A stretch of 63,971 bases of DNA, counting the filler, from Kipferlia bialata (Eukaryota), in NCBI GenBank assembly GCA_003568945.1. It is 3 parts of 2 records of this genome, joined end to end, with 100 filler letters (N's around TTAATTAATTAA, not from the genome) between each part and the next. Parts side by side here need not be neighbours in the genome. Positions count along the whole stretch, not along the records: positions 35,537 to 63,971 come from BDIP01000050.1; 2 more parts are not named here. One strand, written 5' to 3'. Positions 52,001 to 63,971 of the stretch are shown piece after piece (position 1 is the stretch's first letter; the number at the start of each line of letters is the position of its first letter). A program made the position numbers and the translations under genes. The notes below the pieces were generated by a model that searched no databases, was not told the DNA's origin, and saw nothing but the letters and a program-made list of their open reading frames with translations.

Positions 52001-55000
52001 CCACGGTGCATAACATTAGTATATACACATGTCGTACCCGATGGGTGTGGCTGGTAAGGGAATGTGGTGCAGTGGCTGGTGGGAGTGTCATCCACTGTGA
52101 CTAGGGACAGGGTAGGGGTGAAGAAGGAGGTGACAGTGGTGAGGGTCTCTAGGAAGGCATCCCGGTCATCCTGGGGGTGAGCAGGAGAATAACCAGAGGG
52201 GGGGGGGGGGGAGACTAGATACACACCTGGTGGGGAAACCGCATCCTGACAATGCGTCTCACTCCGTACTCAATGCAAAGCAGGGGGGACAGCGTGGGTG
52301 AGTGGATCTGGGGGTAAGGAAGAGCTCACTTGCATTTGCTTCCCAATGGAAGAGGAATGATTGGACATAATAACAGTGATCGTACTGTACTAAGTACCTT
52401 AGTAATGTCGCAGTACAGTATTGTGGTCCTTGGGAACAGAGACACGCCAGTGACAGCCTGCTGTGTATCAGCCTCTGTCTCTTCCCCTTCCTCAACATCT
52501 GCCTCCCTCTCTCCTTCACTGTCTCCCTCTGGGATTCCTTCCAACCCACTATGGCAGAGAGGGTCTACATACCCTTCCTCCCCAGCCACAGGTATGGTAT
52601 CCTCAAGGTCTGCCTCTGGTTCAGGGATCAGCTGCATCTCTAGGTGGCCCTTACACAGTGTGACAGCGCAGTCTGAGAACACAGAGCGGCCTGGAATGGT
52701 GGCTAGTACTTCTGTGACGTGGGGGAACTGAAGGTGAGGGAGTGGGAGAGAGGCACGTAGAGGTCCAAGGGTCACTCACCTCAGGCAAAGAGAATACCAC
52801 CACTCCTTTGTCCTTCTTAGTGGGAGCAGGAGGTGTGTATGTGGTGGCAATCCAGGGGGAAAGAGCGCATCCAAAGGCTGCCACGTCATCGAAAGTGAAC
52901 TTCTCTCTGCCGATCAAAGCCACCTTGCCCTTGGGATGAGTCAATCAGAAGTAACAGAGATATGGAGAGAGAGGGGGGGGAGTACTGGCCAGTGCAAGAT
53001 TACCGAACGGCTCACCTGACTTTGCCCCCACTTCATTAGGCAGGGACACATTCCCCCCAGTGGTAGGCCTACCAGACAGAGACCACTCCTTCTCCTTCTT
53101 GACCTCCTGGGCAAGGCCTAGAGTCAGTGATAGATATAACATAGGTATCATAGTATAGACAGAAAGATAGATGAGGGAGCCACGCACCTATGGAGTGACT
53201 GTACCCACTCACTGGGTGCACAGATCTCCCAGAGAGCCTGGCCCCTGTAGCCCCTGCCCCCTTAGAGGTCAGCCCCCCACCTGGCATGCTCCCTGCCTGG
53301 GCTGCACCCTGTGCAGTGAGGTGCTTCAAGGGGAGGCGCTGGCCGAGGCGCCCTGTCCTGAGGTCCCTCATGCCAGTGGTACTCTGCCCCACCCTCCCTC
53401 TCTGCACCCTGCTGACAGGGATGGACCCCACACCCACAGTGCCCACATTCTGACGGATGCCTGGGGTTAAAGGGAGATGGGGTGTGTGCTAGAATAGACA
53501 TGGATAGATATACACTTCCATACATACCTGACTGGAGCTGCTTGAGGTGCGGGGTTGCCACCATGACGCTGGGTCTCTGTCCCATACTACCCATGGTGCT
53601 GGTGAGTGTCTGACTAGGCATCATGCCCATAGACCCACCCGCTGACCCTGGGGGTGCCCTTGTGACAGGCAGAGAGGACATGTGGGCCAGTGCGGCATGG
53701 CTAGTAGACCCTAGGACATGGCCACTCACATTGGAGACGTTGATGCCAGGCACTGCCATGGCCCCAGGCATGGTACCCGATACTGAGGACACAACCCCAG
53801 AGCCCATGGAGGTAGGCAGGGAGGAGACAGTAGGCCTAGATGGTACAGAGGCCATGCCCCTCACACCCATCCCAGCGACACCACCCTGGGTGCCACCCAT
53901 CATTGTACGCCGCACAGGTGCTGTAGTTGATGCACCACCCTTGGACAGAGATGTAGATGATGCAGTGGATGGCTTGGACACAGACTGCGTCACCTTGGGG
54001 GCTGATACCCCCTGAGGCTTGGCAGGTGCCCCAGGTCTAGGGGGGGAGGGCAGGGACATGGGGATGGGGGCAGTCCCCATAGAGGCAGCCATGGATGTGT
54101 TAGGGGTGCAGGGCTGGGACACAGACCCCGAGGCGGCAGATGCACTGGAGGCAGTGGCTCCTGAGGTGGACACGCTGTGCTGCGGGTAGGAGGGGAGGTC
54201 AGGCTTCTGGGGGGGTATGGGGTGCATGCCTATCCCACCCACGGTGATGGCAGCAGGTCTGGCAGGTCTGGAGGGCATACCCCCCTTCCCACCCCCCTGG
54301 GTAGATGCACTCATGGCACCAGCAGGCACAGAGGGTGCTATGGGGCGGGCAGGGCCATCAGACTGGAAGGGGCCAGTGAGGGAGAGCGGGGAGGCAAACT
54401 CCGTCCCTGCTGATATGACAGGGGGTGCCATACCACTGCCAGGGACAGGGGCGGAGAGGGAGGGGACAGCTGGAGACGCCTTTGGAGCAGCACTACTACT
54501 ACCTACTCCCTTCTTGTCGGTACTTGTGGTGGTCTTGGACAGTCCAGACCCACCCCTAGAGGCCACTGGCCGGGAGGAGAGACCCAGAGACTGTAACGAG
54601 CCTGCCCCTGCGGCATGGGTGCCCCTAGGGGTGGAGGGTCTGGAGGTGGTGCCCATGTTAACGGCATGGGCAGAGCCACCCAGGGACCTGTGCGGGGCAT
54701 AGCTCTTAGACAAGGCAGAGGAGGAGGAGGACGTGGTGGACGTGGTAGAAGTGGGGGTGGAGGGCTGGCTGCGGTTCGGGGTGCCTAGGGGGTCAGAGAG
54801 GAGTGTCAAGGGATCACAATATGAGATATGTAGTAGTAGTACCTGGGAGTGACAGCACTGGTGCCCTGGGAGGGGTTGGCCGAGTGGGTGGCATACCCAG
54901 GGAGGAACCTGGCCTGGCGGGGGTGCTAGAGAGACTGGTGCTGGAGAGAGTCGGCATCCCGGGCATGGCTAGGTCACTCAGGCTCTTGGGGAACGCAAGG

Positions 55001-55427
55001 GGAGGGGTGGGGCGGGTGGTGTCCTTGGCACCAGTCTCTTGGCTAAGGGTGGGGGCCATGCTCAGGTCGGGGAAGGCAGGGGCAGAGGGGGCCTCAGGGG
55101 CCTGGGGTGAGTAGCACATACAGAAATACAAGAAATAGGTCAGTTGCAAATTGACACACAACAGAGAGGGACTATGCATAAACCACGTCACCTGTTCCCC
55201 TGGGAACTGAGCACCATACAGAGACATAGATAAATAGCTACATCTACATATATACACTCACTATATACCGGCAAATATATGCTCATAATATACTACGATG
55301 GACTATAACTATGGTATCTATATGTATATGTATATCTATGTGTACCTGCTCCCCTGGGAACTGGGGCCGTGTTGGTCTCTCTGGCATGGCACTGAGCAGG
55401 TCGAGGGAGTGGGAGGGGTCGAAGGGT
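37064..55427 (-). CDS. RME-8/DNAJC13-like endosomal protein, highly divergent, very many exons, 5' end in the gap
   Basis: IWN-type repeats: HTSPTLVWHEETRQ|ELVHALQEELDLFT|...CWNYWEFSVQY...|NILVGPFFLSHLL (about 47900-48455) and IFGADEYTRYDAVWGTDMRQHL...PKVTYPSLQTEMRVGGIYIRHLL (about 45790-46150). Helical-repeat exons continue to ...VVRHLLEGRD* at 37064. That the Pro/Ser/Thr-rich 53260-55427 part belongs to the same gene is inferred from continuous splice sites. Confidence 0.7.
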
Positions 55428-55443
55428 CTGAGGGTTAGAGTAG

Positions 55444-55474
<31 letters not shown>

Positions 55475-55489
55475 AATGAGCATATTTTT

Positions 55490-56440
55490 NNNNNNNNNNN
55501 NNNNNNNNNNNNNNNNNNNNNNNNNNNNNNNNNNNNNNNNNNNNNNNNNNNNNNNNNNNNNNNNNNNNNNNNNNNNNNNNNNNNNNNNNNNNNNNNNNNN
55601 NNNNNNNNNNNNNNNNNNNNNNNNNNNNNNNNNNNNNNNNNNNNNNNNNNNNNNNNNNNNNNNNNNNNNNNNNNNNNNNNNNNNNNNNNNNNNNNNNNNN
55701 NNNNNNNNNNNNNNNNNNNNNNNNNNNNNNNNNNNNNNNNNNNNNNNNNNNNNNNNNNNNNNNNNNNNNNNNNNNNNNNNNNNNNNNNNNNNNNNNNNNN
55801 NNNNNNNNNNNNNNNNNNNNNNNNNNNNNNNNNNNNNNNNNNNNNNNNNNNNNNNNNNNNNNNNNNNNNNNNNNNNNNNNNNNNNNNNNNNNNNNNNNNN
55901 NNNNNNNNNNNNNNNNNNNNNNNNNNNNNNNNNNNNNNNNNNNNNNNNNNNNNNNNNNNNNNNNNNNNNNNNNNNNNNNNNNNNNNNNNNNNNNNNNNNN
56001 NNNNNNNNNNNNNNNNNNNNNNNNNNNNNNNNNNNNNNNNNNNNNNNNNNNNNNNNNNNNNNNNNNNNNNNNNNNNNNNNNNNNNNNNNNNNNNNNNNNN
56101 NNNNNNNNNNNNNNNNNNNNNNNNNNNNNNNNNNNNNNNNNNNNNNNNNNNNNNNNNNNNNNNNNNNNNNNNNNNNNNNNNNNNNNNNNNNNNNNNNNNN
56201 NNNNNNNNNNNNNNNNNNNNNNNNNNNNNNNNNNNNNNNNNNNNNNNNNNNNNNNNNNNNNNNNNNNNNNNNNNNNNNNNNNNNNNNNNNNNNNNNNNNN
56301 NNNNNNNNNNNNNNNNNNNNNNNNNNNNNNNNNNNNNNNNNNNNNNNNNNNNNNNNNNNNNNNNNNNNNNNNNNNNNNNNNNNNNNNNNNNNNNNNNNNN
56401 NNNNNNNNNNNNNNNNNNNNNNNNNNNNNNNNNNNNNNNN
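55490..56440. other. Scaffold gap (951 N)
   Basis: Run of N flanked by poly-G tracts. Confidence 0.98.
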
Positions 56441-56451
56441 CCCGCGGTGGT

Positions 56452-56500
<49 letters not shown>

Positions 56501-56518
56501 TGAAAAAGAGAGTCGTAC

Positions 56519-57684
56519 CCTGGTGTTGATGAAGTCGAGGCACTCGTGTGGGCACCCGGCCCAGAGCAGGAGGCGCAGGTACTGCTCCATGACAACAGCT
56601 GTGGTGGTGGCTGCCTTAAGCAGCACCTTGTTGCCCATGTAGAGGGCACCCATCAGCTGGAGCACGGGGATCTCGAGGGGGAAGTTGAAGGGAGCAACAA
56701 TGGCCACTGGGGGTGAGACAGAGAGACATGGGGGGGGGGGGAGCTGGCTGATGTATATATACATAATACAATAACAAACCATGACGCACCTGGTCCAAAG
56801 GGCCACCTGTAGCCATTAGCCTGCTGCCCGACCCTGTCACCTGGCACATGCTCACCTCCACCGAGGAAGCGGACCTGGTCTCCTAAGAGTCAGAGTGGAA
56901 AGAAAACAAGGAGGAGTAACGGCGTGGTGTCATAGAAGAGAGTGTTGGGGTTTATCGAGTTGCCAGTAGAAGAACAGGCTGAACTATATGTATGCCATGC
57001 AGGGGAGACCACGCACCACAGAAGTTCTCGAGGAAGGTTGCCACGACGTTGACCTCGCCGATGGCCTGTGTGTATGACTTGGGGCAGACTGCCTGTATGA
57101 TACGGGCAAAGTAGTCGGAGACCTCGGGCTTGCGGATCTCGGTGGCCACCTTGAAGGTGATGGCTCCCCAGTCCCTGTACCTCTTGGGGTTCTTGAGGGG
57201 GTTGTGAAGGCCACTCTTGGGGCCTATAGCGTGAGGGGTAGGGGGAATGGATAATAGGCTCTACAGTGAAGAGGTGACAAACTCACGTACACTTCTTCAG
57301 GCTCTCGACGAAGACCTGGGCCTCCTCCATGGTGGTCTCGGGGTAGAGCTGGGGTAAGAACACAACTGATTGATGGCCGTATTCACGCAGTAGAGCCAGG
57401 AGGCAACGTGACAAGTGCTGTAAAACAAGGCAAAATAGAACTCACAATGTAATCCTCCTCGCCCGTAAGAGGGTTGAGAAGGGATCCGGTGGTCTTTGTG
57501 GCGTGCCACTCCCCGTTGACCAGGTTCTTCATCACATGGGTCTTGCCGGAGGGGTCGAAGGTGCTGCATTGAGAACACAGAAGTGGACGAAATACATTTC
57601 AACAGGAATGCACAAAAGAAGTGGAAAGTACTACGGGCATCCATACCTCCACTCAAAGGCATTGACCGGTGTGACAGAGGACAT
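56519..57684 (-). CDS. ALDH12A1: ALDH12-family delta-1-pyrroline-5-carboxylate dehydrogenase, N-terminal half (rest in the gap)
   Basis: MSSVTPVNAFEWS|TFDP...MKNLVNGEW...LNPLTGE; PKSGLHNPLKNPKRY; YFARIIQAVCPKSYTQAIGEV...FLENFCG|DQVRFL...PGDRVGQQANGYRWPFGP|VAIVAPFNFPLEIPVLQLMGALYMGNK. These are the diagnostic ALDH12 motifs. Confidence 0.93.
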
Positions 57685-58223
57685 AATCGGAGTGAGTTTG
57701 TTGGGAATCGGTGTTGGAGCAGTCGTCGTTCGTCCTTGTTTTGGAATCCGTAGATCTAAGGGTCCCACTAAGCAAAAACTACACGTCATTGGTCGACAGG
57801 GACTTACGCACTGCCATTAATTATTAGCTAGTAGTTCTAGAGTATAAGATCTAGATGTACGTTCCTTGTATATATTAACTATTAATGTTTCTTGATGCTC
57901 TTTCTAGAACTTCTACTTGAGGAGGGCAGCGAGGAATAGATCAGTGCTAATATAAACACAAACACAACGATACCTTGCCTCTTACATTGACACACATACC
58001 AATACTCTCCAATAGACAGTCGGAATGGCTCGCAATTTAGTGGTACAAAAATACAGACGACAACAAATAACTGGAAGGTAACTGACTCACATAGAGTTGG
58101 CTCACGAACACCAGTTGAAACTAATAAAGACACATACACTATAAAGGGGTGAGACTAACAAAAGAAGGTGACATAAGAGGCACAGGAGTGAAGGACACAG
58201 GCCTAGGGTAGGCAGTGAAGGTG

Positions 58224-61200
58224 TCAACCTGGGAACTCCCCAGTCATGAAGTCACTGCCTTCGTCGCTGTAGTCGCTGCTGCCCTCTATCCGGTCCCTCC
58301 CAAACTCAGACTGAGACCCCTCTCCCTCACTCGCAAGGCCCTCCTCCTCTTCATGCACAACCTCCTCCTCCTCCTCCTCCTCCTCCCCTGTGGCCACACT
58401 CAGCGCATCCACCGCAAACTTGGCCACCTCGATAGACTCACTCTGCTGCAGGCCATCCAGCACGTGCAGCACACTGGGGTGCCTGCTGATGGGCTTGTGG
58501 TTGAGTCTCAGGGAGTACACACACCGCACGGCTGAGATCTGCACGCTGGGGCTGGGGTGGGACACGAGCTGGCAAAGGACGTTGACCAGAGGGAGGGCAG
58601 CGCATGTGGAGCTGTTGAGCAAGGCAAAGTGCACCACACGCACCAGGACCCTCTTGCACAGGGGGCCGGAGATTGCCTCCACGCTGTCTGGCTCCACCCC
58701 CCCTGCATGCCCCCTGCCCCTCTCCCCCATCTGGTGCACCGCCAGGGCGTTGATGAGGTTGAACAGAGCGGCAAGGGTCGGGGCAGGGCCCGCTATCCCC
58801 TTGACCCCCTCCCACTGGCTCTGCACAAAGGCCTCCCACCTCCCCTCGATGGCCAGGGGGCAGTCCCTAGGCACCTCACTGTCAATGGGCGACATGTGCT
58901 GGGTGGCCAGTCTGGCTATCAGACACCCCACAGCCTTGGCCGCTGCCTTCCTCACAGCAGACACGGGGTCCCTCAGCAGCACCACAAACACAGGGCCCAG
59001 GGTATCGTGTAGGTAGGGGATGATCTGGTCCCTGGCGATGTGCAGGGCATTGAGGTTGGCCTCGACAATGGCATCTAGGTGCTCGGCCACAGACTGTCTC
59101 AGGCGCCAGCTGCCGCACTGGTATGCCGTGCCCCCTCCCACAGAGGATGGGTGCATGTCCTGGTTAGACACAAAGAGCAGAGACCGCAGCGTGAAGGGTA
59201 TCTGCCTGGCCACCTGCTGAGACCTGGACACCAGGATGTGCAGCCTCTCCAGGGTGGATAATCTGATGACAGAGTCCTGGTCAAACAGACACGCAGACAC
59301 AATGCCGAGGAGGCGCTCGGGGGGGAGAACGTCGTGTAGCTCCCCCAGGGCCCCAGCTATGGGTGCCCTCAGAGTGGGTATGGGGCTGTCGAGGTATGCC
59401 TTGCACAGGGGCAGGAGGAGGGCCTTGTACTTAGTGCAGTGGCCAAACACAGCTAGCACCAGGGGGAAGGACTCTGCCGCATTGAGGATCACCTCCTTGC
59501 TGGTCCTCTGCTTCTGCGACAGCTGCAGGGGGGCAGTCACCAGCACGTGTGTCTCGGCTGTCTCCAGGGTGATGTGGGGGTAGGGCATGGGCTCAGTGTC
59601 CATCCCAGGGGGCACGTCCAGGCCTGGGGGGGTGTCTGCGTCGTCCTCGCCCATCCCCTCCACAGGGTCTAAGCCAGCAGGGTGGGACATCTCTGCCCTC
59701 AGCTCCAGCCCGGCAGGCATGTCCGGCAGGTCCATGTCGGACATATCACTCATGCTGTCTTCTATGACATCGTCATAGGAAGGCTCACAGACAGGGTGCA
59801 CAGAGGCAAACACCTCAACCAGCTGGGCCACCACGGGAGAGGCGGCCAAGGTGCCCAGGACCCCTGGGGCTATGGGGGACACGTGGCATGGACCAGCCAG
59901 GGTGGGGTGGAGGCTGTCGTCCCTCTCTCTGTCCTCGTCCAGCACCACCCTAGAGAGGAAGGCCCCCAGCACCTTGAGGGCCTCGAGCCTCACCCACTCC
60001 GAGGGGTCCTTGAGCATCTGCAGGAAGGCAGGGCACAGCAGCTCGACCCTGTCCTGGAAGGGGAACAGACCGGCCAGGGCGGGCAGACACCCGACTGCCA
60101 CCCTCCGGATGCCCCAGCTCATGTCCTTGCATATCAGCTCGGTGACCAGGGGCAGCAGGAGGGAGCAGGTGGCTGGGTCCAGGTAGGTGGTGTCCCCGGC
60201 ATGGAAGCCCAGGTCCACGGGCCCGTCCCCCACGCTGTTGCTGTTGGAGTGGACGACGTTGATGTTGGCGGCCAGCAGGGCCAGGGAAGACACGGCCTCC
60301 CGCCTCACAAACACACTCTTCTCGATGCGGCCTGTCAACATGAGCGACTCAGCCGTGGGGGCGTCCAGCAGGACGCTGAGGCCAGGGTCGTCGACATGGT
60401 CAGAGCCGGCCAGCACGGCATCCTTGATGGGTCTGGAGGTGGCCAGGCGGCCCAGGATGGGTAGGACAATGGAACACAGGTCGGCAGCAGGGAGCCTGCT
60501 CCCAATGGCACCTAGCAGCTCACAGGCGCTGATCATGATGTCATCCCTCAGCTGGTAGGCCTGGGGGTCAGTATATAGAGGGGGGGGGGGGATATATATG
60601 CATGGGAGACGGGTAGGACAGTCTCATTACACAACGATGCCTGTATCATAATACCCTACCCCACCTGTAGCATCTCAAACTCGGCCAGCCCATAGGGTCC
60701 CACCCTCATCTCCACCCCATCTTGTAGGAAGTCCTCCACAGTGCCAGACAGCGCAAAGAGGGTGCCCTCGCCCCACCCCATGGCAGACGCGGCATCAGAG
60801 GAGAGAGGGGTGTCGTCAGGGGGGGGACCGAAGTGGTGTGCCACCGCCTCTCCCTCGTCCATGCCCTGCCTAGAGAACAGGGCCCTCTCCAGCATAGGGA
60901 GGGCCAGGCGCCTGAGGGTGTAGGTGGACACAAGCTCAGAGGGCAGAAGGGCCGAGATCTCGATGGCCGACCGGACTGACCGGGTGATGAGCTCCCTGGG
61001 TCTGTCTGCCACACAAGATCTAACGGCACACAGCAGCAGAGGGAGGATGCCCTCGCACACAACCTCCATCCCTGGGGTGAGCCGCAGAGTGCACAACCAT
61101 GAGAATATATACATATGGAAGGGCCACAACATATATGATGACCACATATATAACGACATATGCAGTACCCACCAATGCCCCATATCACTTTACTATGAAT

Positions 61201-62087
61201 AGGTCATCAGTATGTACCTGTAAGTCCTGTCTCTGGGTCTGCCTCCTTCTTCAGCAGGGCAGCTGCTATCTCTGGCGTCCTGGCCAACAGCAGATACTTG
61301 AGGTAGTATGCCTCCTCCCTGTCAGTTGGCTGGGGGTCGCCCATGAACCTGGGGTGAGTATGAGGGGACAAGGGATACAGCCGGGTGCTCATATGATATG
61401 ATGCAGATATGGATGGGGATATACAGAGCACATGGCCAGAGACACAATGCATGAACTGAAAAATGAGACAGAGTACAATTAAGAGAGATATGCGACATCT
61501 TCCAACCCCACACTGCTGATACGCACAGCAGGGAAGGCATGTCAGAGATGGGTGGCTATCCTAGTCTCATACTAAACACGTCCCCATACCACCCCCACAT
61601 ACCTCCTCTGAATGTCGTATGCAAAGTCAGCCGGCGTGGCGTAGTTGTCGTCGATGAGCCTCTGGATGTTCAGGAAGAGGCCCTCAAACTCGTATGCAGT
61701 CTCGCCCTCATGGGCGTCGGGGTCGATGGACCGGGCCATGTGCCGCATCCAGGGCAGGATCTCATCACAGAACGTGGCCAGGGGGAGTGACTCTGCGATT
61801 GAAGGCAGGTCGTAGAAAGCGAGGAACCGCCGCAGAAAGTAGAAGTCGAGGATGTACAGACGGAACCTCTGGACAGGGCCCATATCAAGGTCGAGGGTCA
61901 GGTCGTGCATCTCCCTCTCGCGGGTGTATATCTCCTCCTCCTCCTCCTGCTCCTCGTCCTGGGCAGCTAGGCGGTCGTCCTCCGAGGAGTAGTCATCGTA
62001 CTGATAGTCATCGTACGTATCGTCGAACCCGTCCTGATCGAACCCATCCTGATCAAAGGGGTCAAGGCCTAGATCGTTGTAGTCCAT
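58224..62087 (-). CDS. PPP4R1: Protein phosphatase 4 regulatory subunit 1-like HEAT-repeat protein
   Basis: Four exons (about 61603-62087, 61218-61348, 60665-61071, 58224-60560). ICKDMSWGIRRVAVGC, FLQMLKDPSEWVRLEALKVLGAFLS, NAAESFPLVLAVFG, WRLRQSVAEHL, LLRDPVSAVRKAA; acidic N- and C-termini. Confidence 0.72.
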
Positions 62088-62282
62088 CAAGTAGGTGCGT
62101 GGTGTGGCGCGGGGGGGATGGGTTGTTGTTACCCCCTTTGCTTGTGTAAGAGAGTGAGTCCGATATGATGCCACTGGCATTGCCAGGCAGCTGCCTCGAC
62201 AAACCCTTCAAGCTTTTTGTCTCTGATGATCAGAATGGAGGTCGGTCTAGCCTGACAAAGCCGGCTTTTCACAAGGTGGTCC

Positions 62283-63146
62283 ATGCCAGAGGCTTCCTTG
62301 CAAGCCACAATATCCTCAGGGAGTCAATCTAGCAGTGTGACATCTTCTTCTGGGAATCAGGGAAGCCAAGTCACCCCTCCCGCCACGATATTGGCTCCTG
62401 ATCTCTCCACTCACCTGCCCCTCTGGCCTCTGCCTGCCACAGGCATGCCAGCGGCATCCACGGAGTCGGGGGTTCTGCTACACTCCACCAATACCTCCCG
62501 ATGCCCCCCTGTGTCCATGCCAAGTACCCACACTGATCACCCGAGGGCAACCAGTGTGGGGAAGGAGACACACTCATCCTGCGAGAGGAAGGCAGGGCAT
62601 GTCCATCAGAGGGGCAGGTTCTCAGGTACACTGACCCTCGCCAGTATTACCCATCTTTTGTTATTCATACTGTATACATTTGTGGGTCGGTTCTATTTGT
62701 CGTGAAGCATCTCCCAACCCAGTGACGACTGTTACTGTGACTCCTGCTGTTGTGCCCCACGCCAACTCTGCCACCCCCGCCCCCTGCTCTCTCTCGTCTG
62801 ACCGGGTGTCGGTGTCTGTGGACAGGGGTCAGGAGGGTAGGACATCCTCCCTCGAGTACGGCAAGGGGGGAAGGTCCCCTGCCCGGCATATGCACATGCA
62901 AGGACAGGGGGGGGTGTACTACGGCGACCGGAACCCCTCGAGCAGCAGGGCGTGCGACATGGGCGAGGTCATCCATGTCTGTATATATATATATCGGTAC
63001 CCATATGTACATGGAGTCTGGGGCCTCACGCTCAGGTCATCCTGAGCGGCGTGTCTGAGTTGGTGTCTGAGAACAGGCGGCTGCACCGAAGGGTCTCCCA
63101 GCTAGAGGCCCTGCTCGCGTCCCATGGGGTATGCTGTCCGGAGTGA
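62283..63146 (+). CDS. Hypothetical Ser/Pro/Thr-rich protein with a short C-terminal coiled coil
   Basis: Exons 62283-62625, 62723-62967 and 63036-63146 are phase-consistent and end VSELVSENRRLHRRVSQLEALLASHGVCCPE*. Confidence 0.65.
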
Positions 63147-63522
63147 CAGGCCATAATGTGGGTATCGTATTGTCTGGGAGAGTGTGAGGTTGTACTATTA
63201 GTGGTTTCAGTCATTCGGTCGAGGGAAGAATCTTCGGCCGAGTGCTTGTTTTGGGAGGGTTCCCGTGTTTTCGGGAGGGTGTTGTGTGTGTAAATTGCGT
63301 ATGAGGATGTTGTGGCACGTGGATCACCTTGTTCTACTTACTGTGTTGTGCGCCTGATACAGTGCGGCTTGATAGCCGCTTATGATAAGCGGCTTATCTC
63401 ACGGTGAAGCAAAGCTACTCGATTGAGGGTTCAAGTCCCACTTCAGACAACTCACTCTCTCTTTCCAGCACTTGTATCTGTAATCTGAGTGTACGGCCCG
63501 GGTGGCCAAGCACATAACCGGT

Positions 63523-63859
63523 ATGCGGCCTCCCTCTGCGGATGTGCCATTATTAGAACTGGTCAGTGTCCCCCTTGGCGGCAAGCAGATTGGCGATGCC
63601 TTCATAGTGTATGTGGTGGGAGGGGGCTTTCTCCTGCTCTACGATACAGGTGGTGGTGTATGTGTATATATCATAATTCCTATAGGCAATTGTTGACGTA
63701 TCAGGTACTAGTGTAGAGCAGAAGAGGGAACCGTATTATTGTTGTGTTGCCATTCAATCCCTTTGAGTCTATGTATATATATGTCTCTGCGTCAATTAAT
63801 TATAGGCTGTCGCGTCTCTCGCACTGCCAGAAACAGGCCCGGACCCATTGATTCTCGGA
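63523..63859 (+). CDS. Possible 5' exons of a hypothetical gene running off the window
   Basis: ATG at 63523, with candidate short exons bounded by CAG/TAG acceptors and GT donors (e.g. GAG|GTGGGT near 63860). Confidence 0.3.
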
Positions 63860-63917
63860 GGTGGGTCAACAGTATATACAATGCATAAGCTTATGTATTT
63901 ACTAACTGCCTTCCAAC

Positions 63918-63969
<52 letters not shown>

Positions 63970-63971
63970 CC

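Noticed and set aside
55283..56806. Long ORFs apparently fusing ALDH12 to the downstream gene
   Set aside because: They only read through Ns.
55412..57561. Shared 14-mer GGAGGGGTCGAAGG on both sides of the gap
   Set aside because: Short match in two different genes with dissimilar flanks; most likely coincidence.
63375..63450. Complete tRNA gene
   Set aside because: Only a T-loop-like motif is present; I found no acceptor or anticodon stems.

Overview
Eukaryotic, intron-rich protist genomic DNA. The branch-point motif fused to the 3' splice site (CTCAC/CTGAC/CTAAC-CCC-AG), short GT-AG introns, GC-rich exons and (TA)n/(GA)n-rich introns suggest a fornicate metamonad such as Kipferlia (inference). 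The window is three contigs joined by artificial 100-nt N-TTAATTAATTAA-N linkers (10752-10851, 35437-35536), plus a 951-N gap (55490-56440). Genes: a 29+-exon U-box/VWA/Vwaint/Hint (Vint-type) gene, a large CCDC180-like coiled-coil gene, NOT1/CNOT1 head-to-head with Notchless/NLE1, a coiled-coil + PH gene, an RME-8/DNAJC13-like gene, an ALDH12-type P5C dehydrogenase, a PP4R1-like HEAT gene and several unknowns. The main finding is in the Vint gene. Its introns hold dozens of partial, same-orientation copies ('echoes') of the neighbouring exon ends with their splice sites, separated by TA-rich filler. The echoes are arranged with strict polarity and differ from the used exon mostly at synonymous positions. 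One intron is built from four copies of a CAG|GT junction 18-mer, as predicted for intron gain by tandem duplication. Exon models were made by hand without RNA data.
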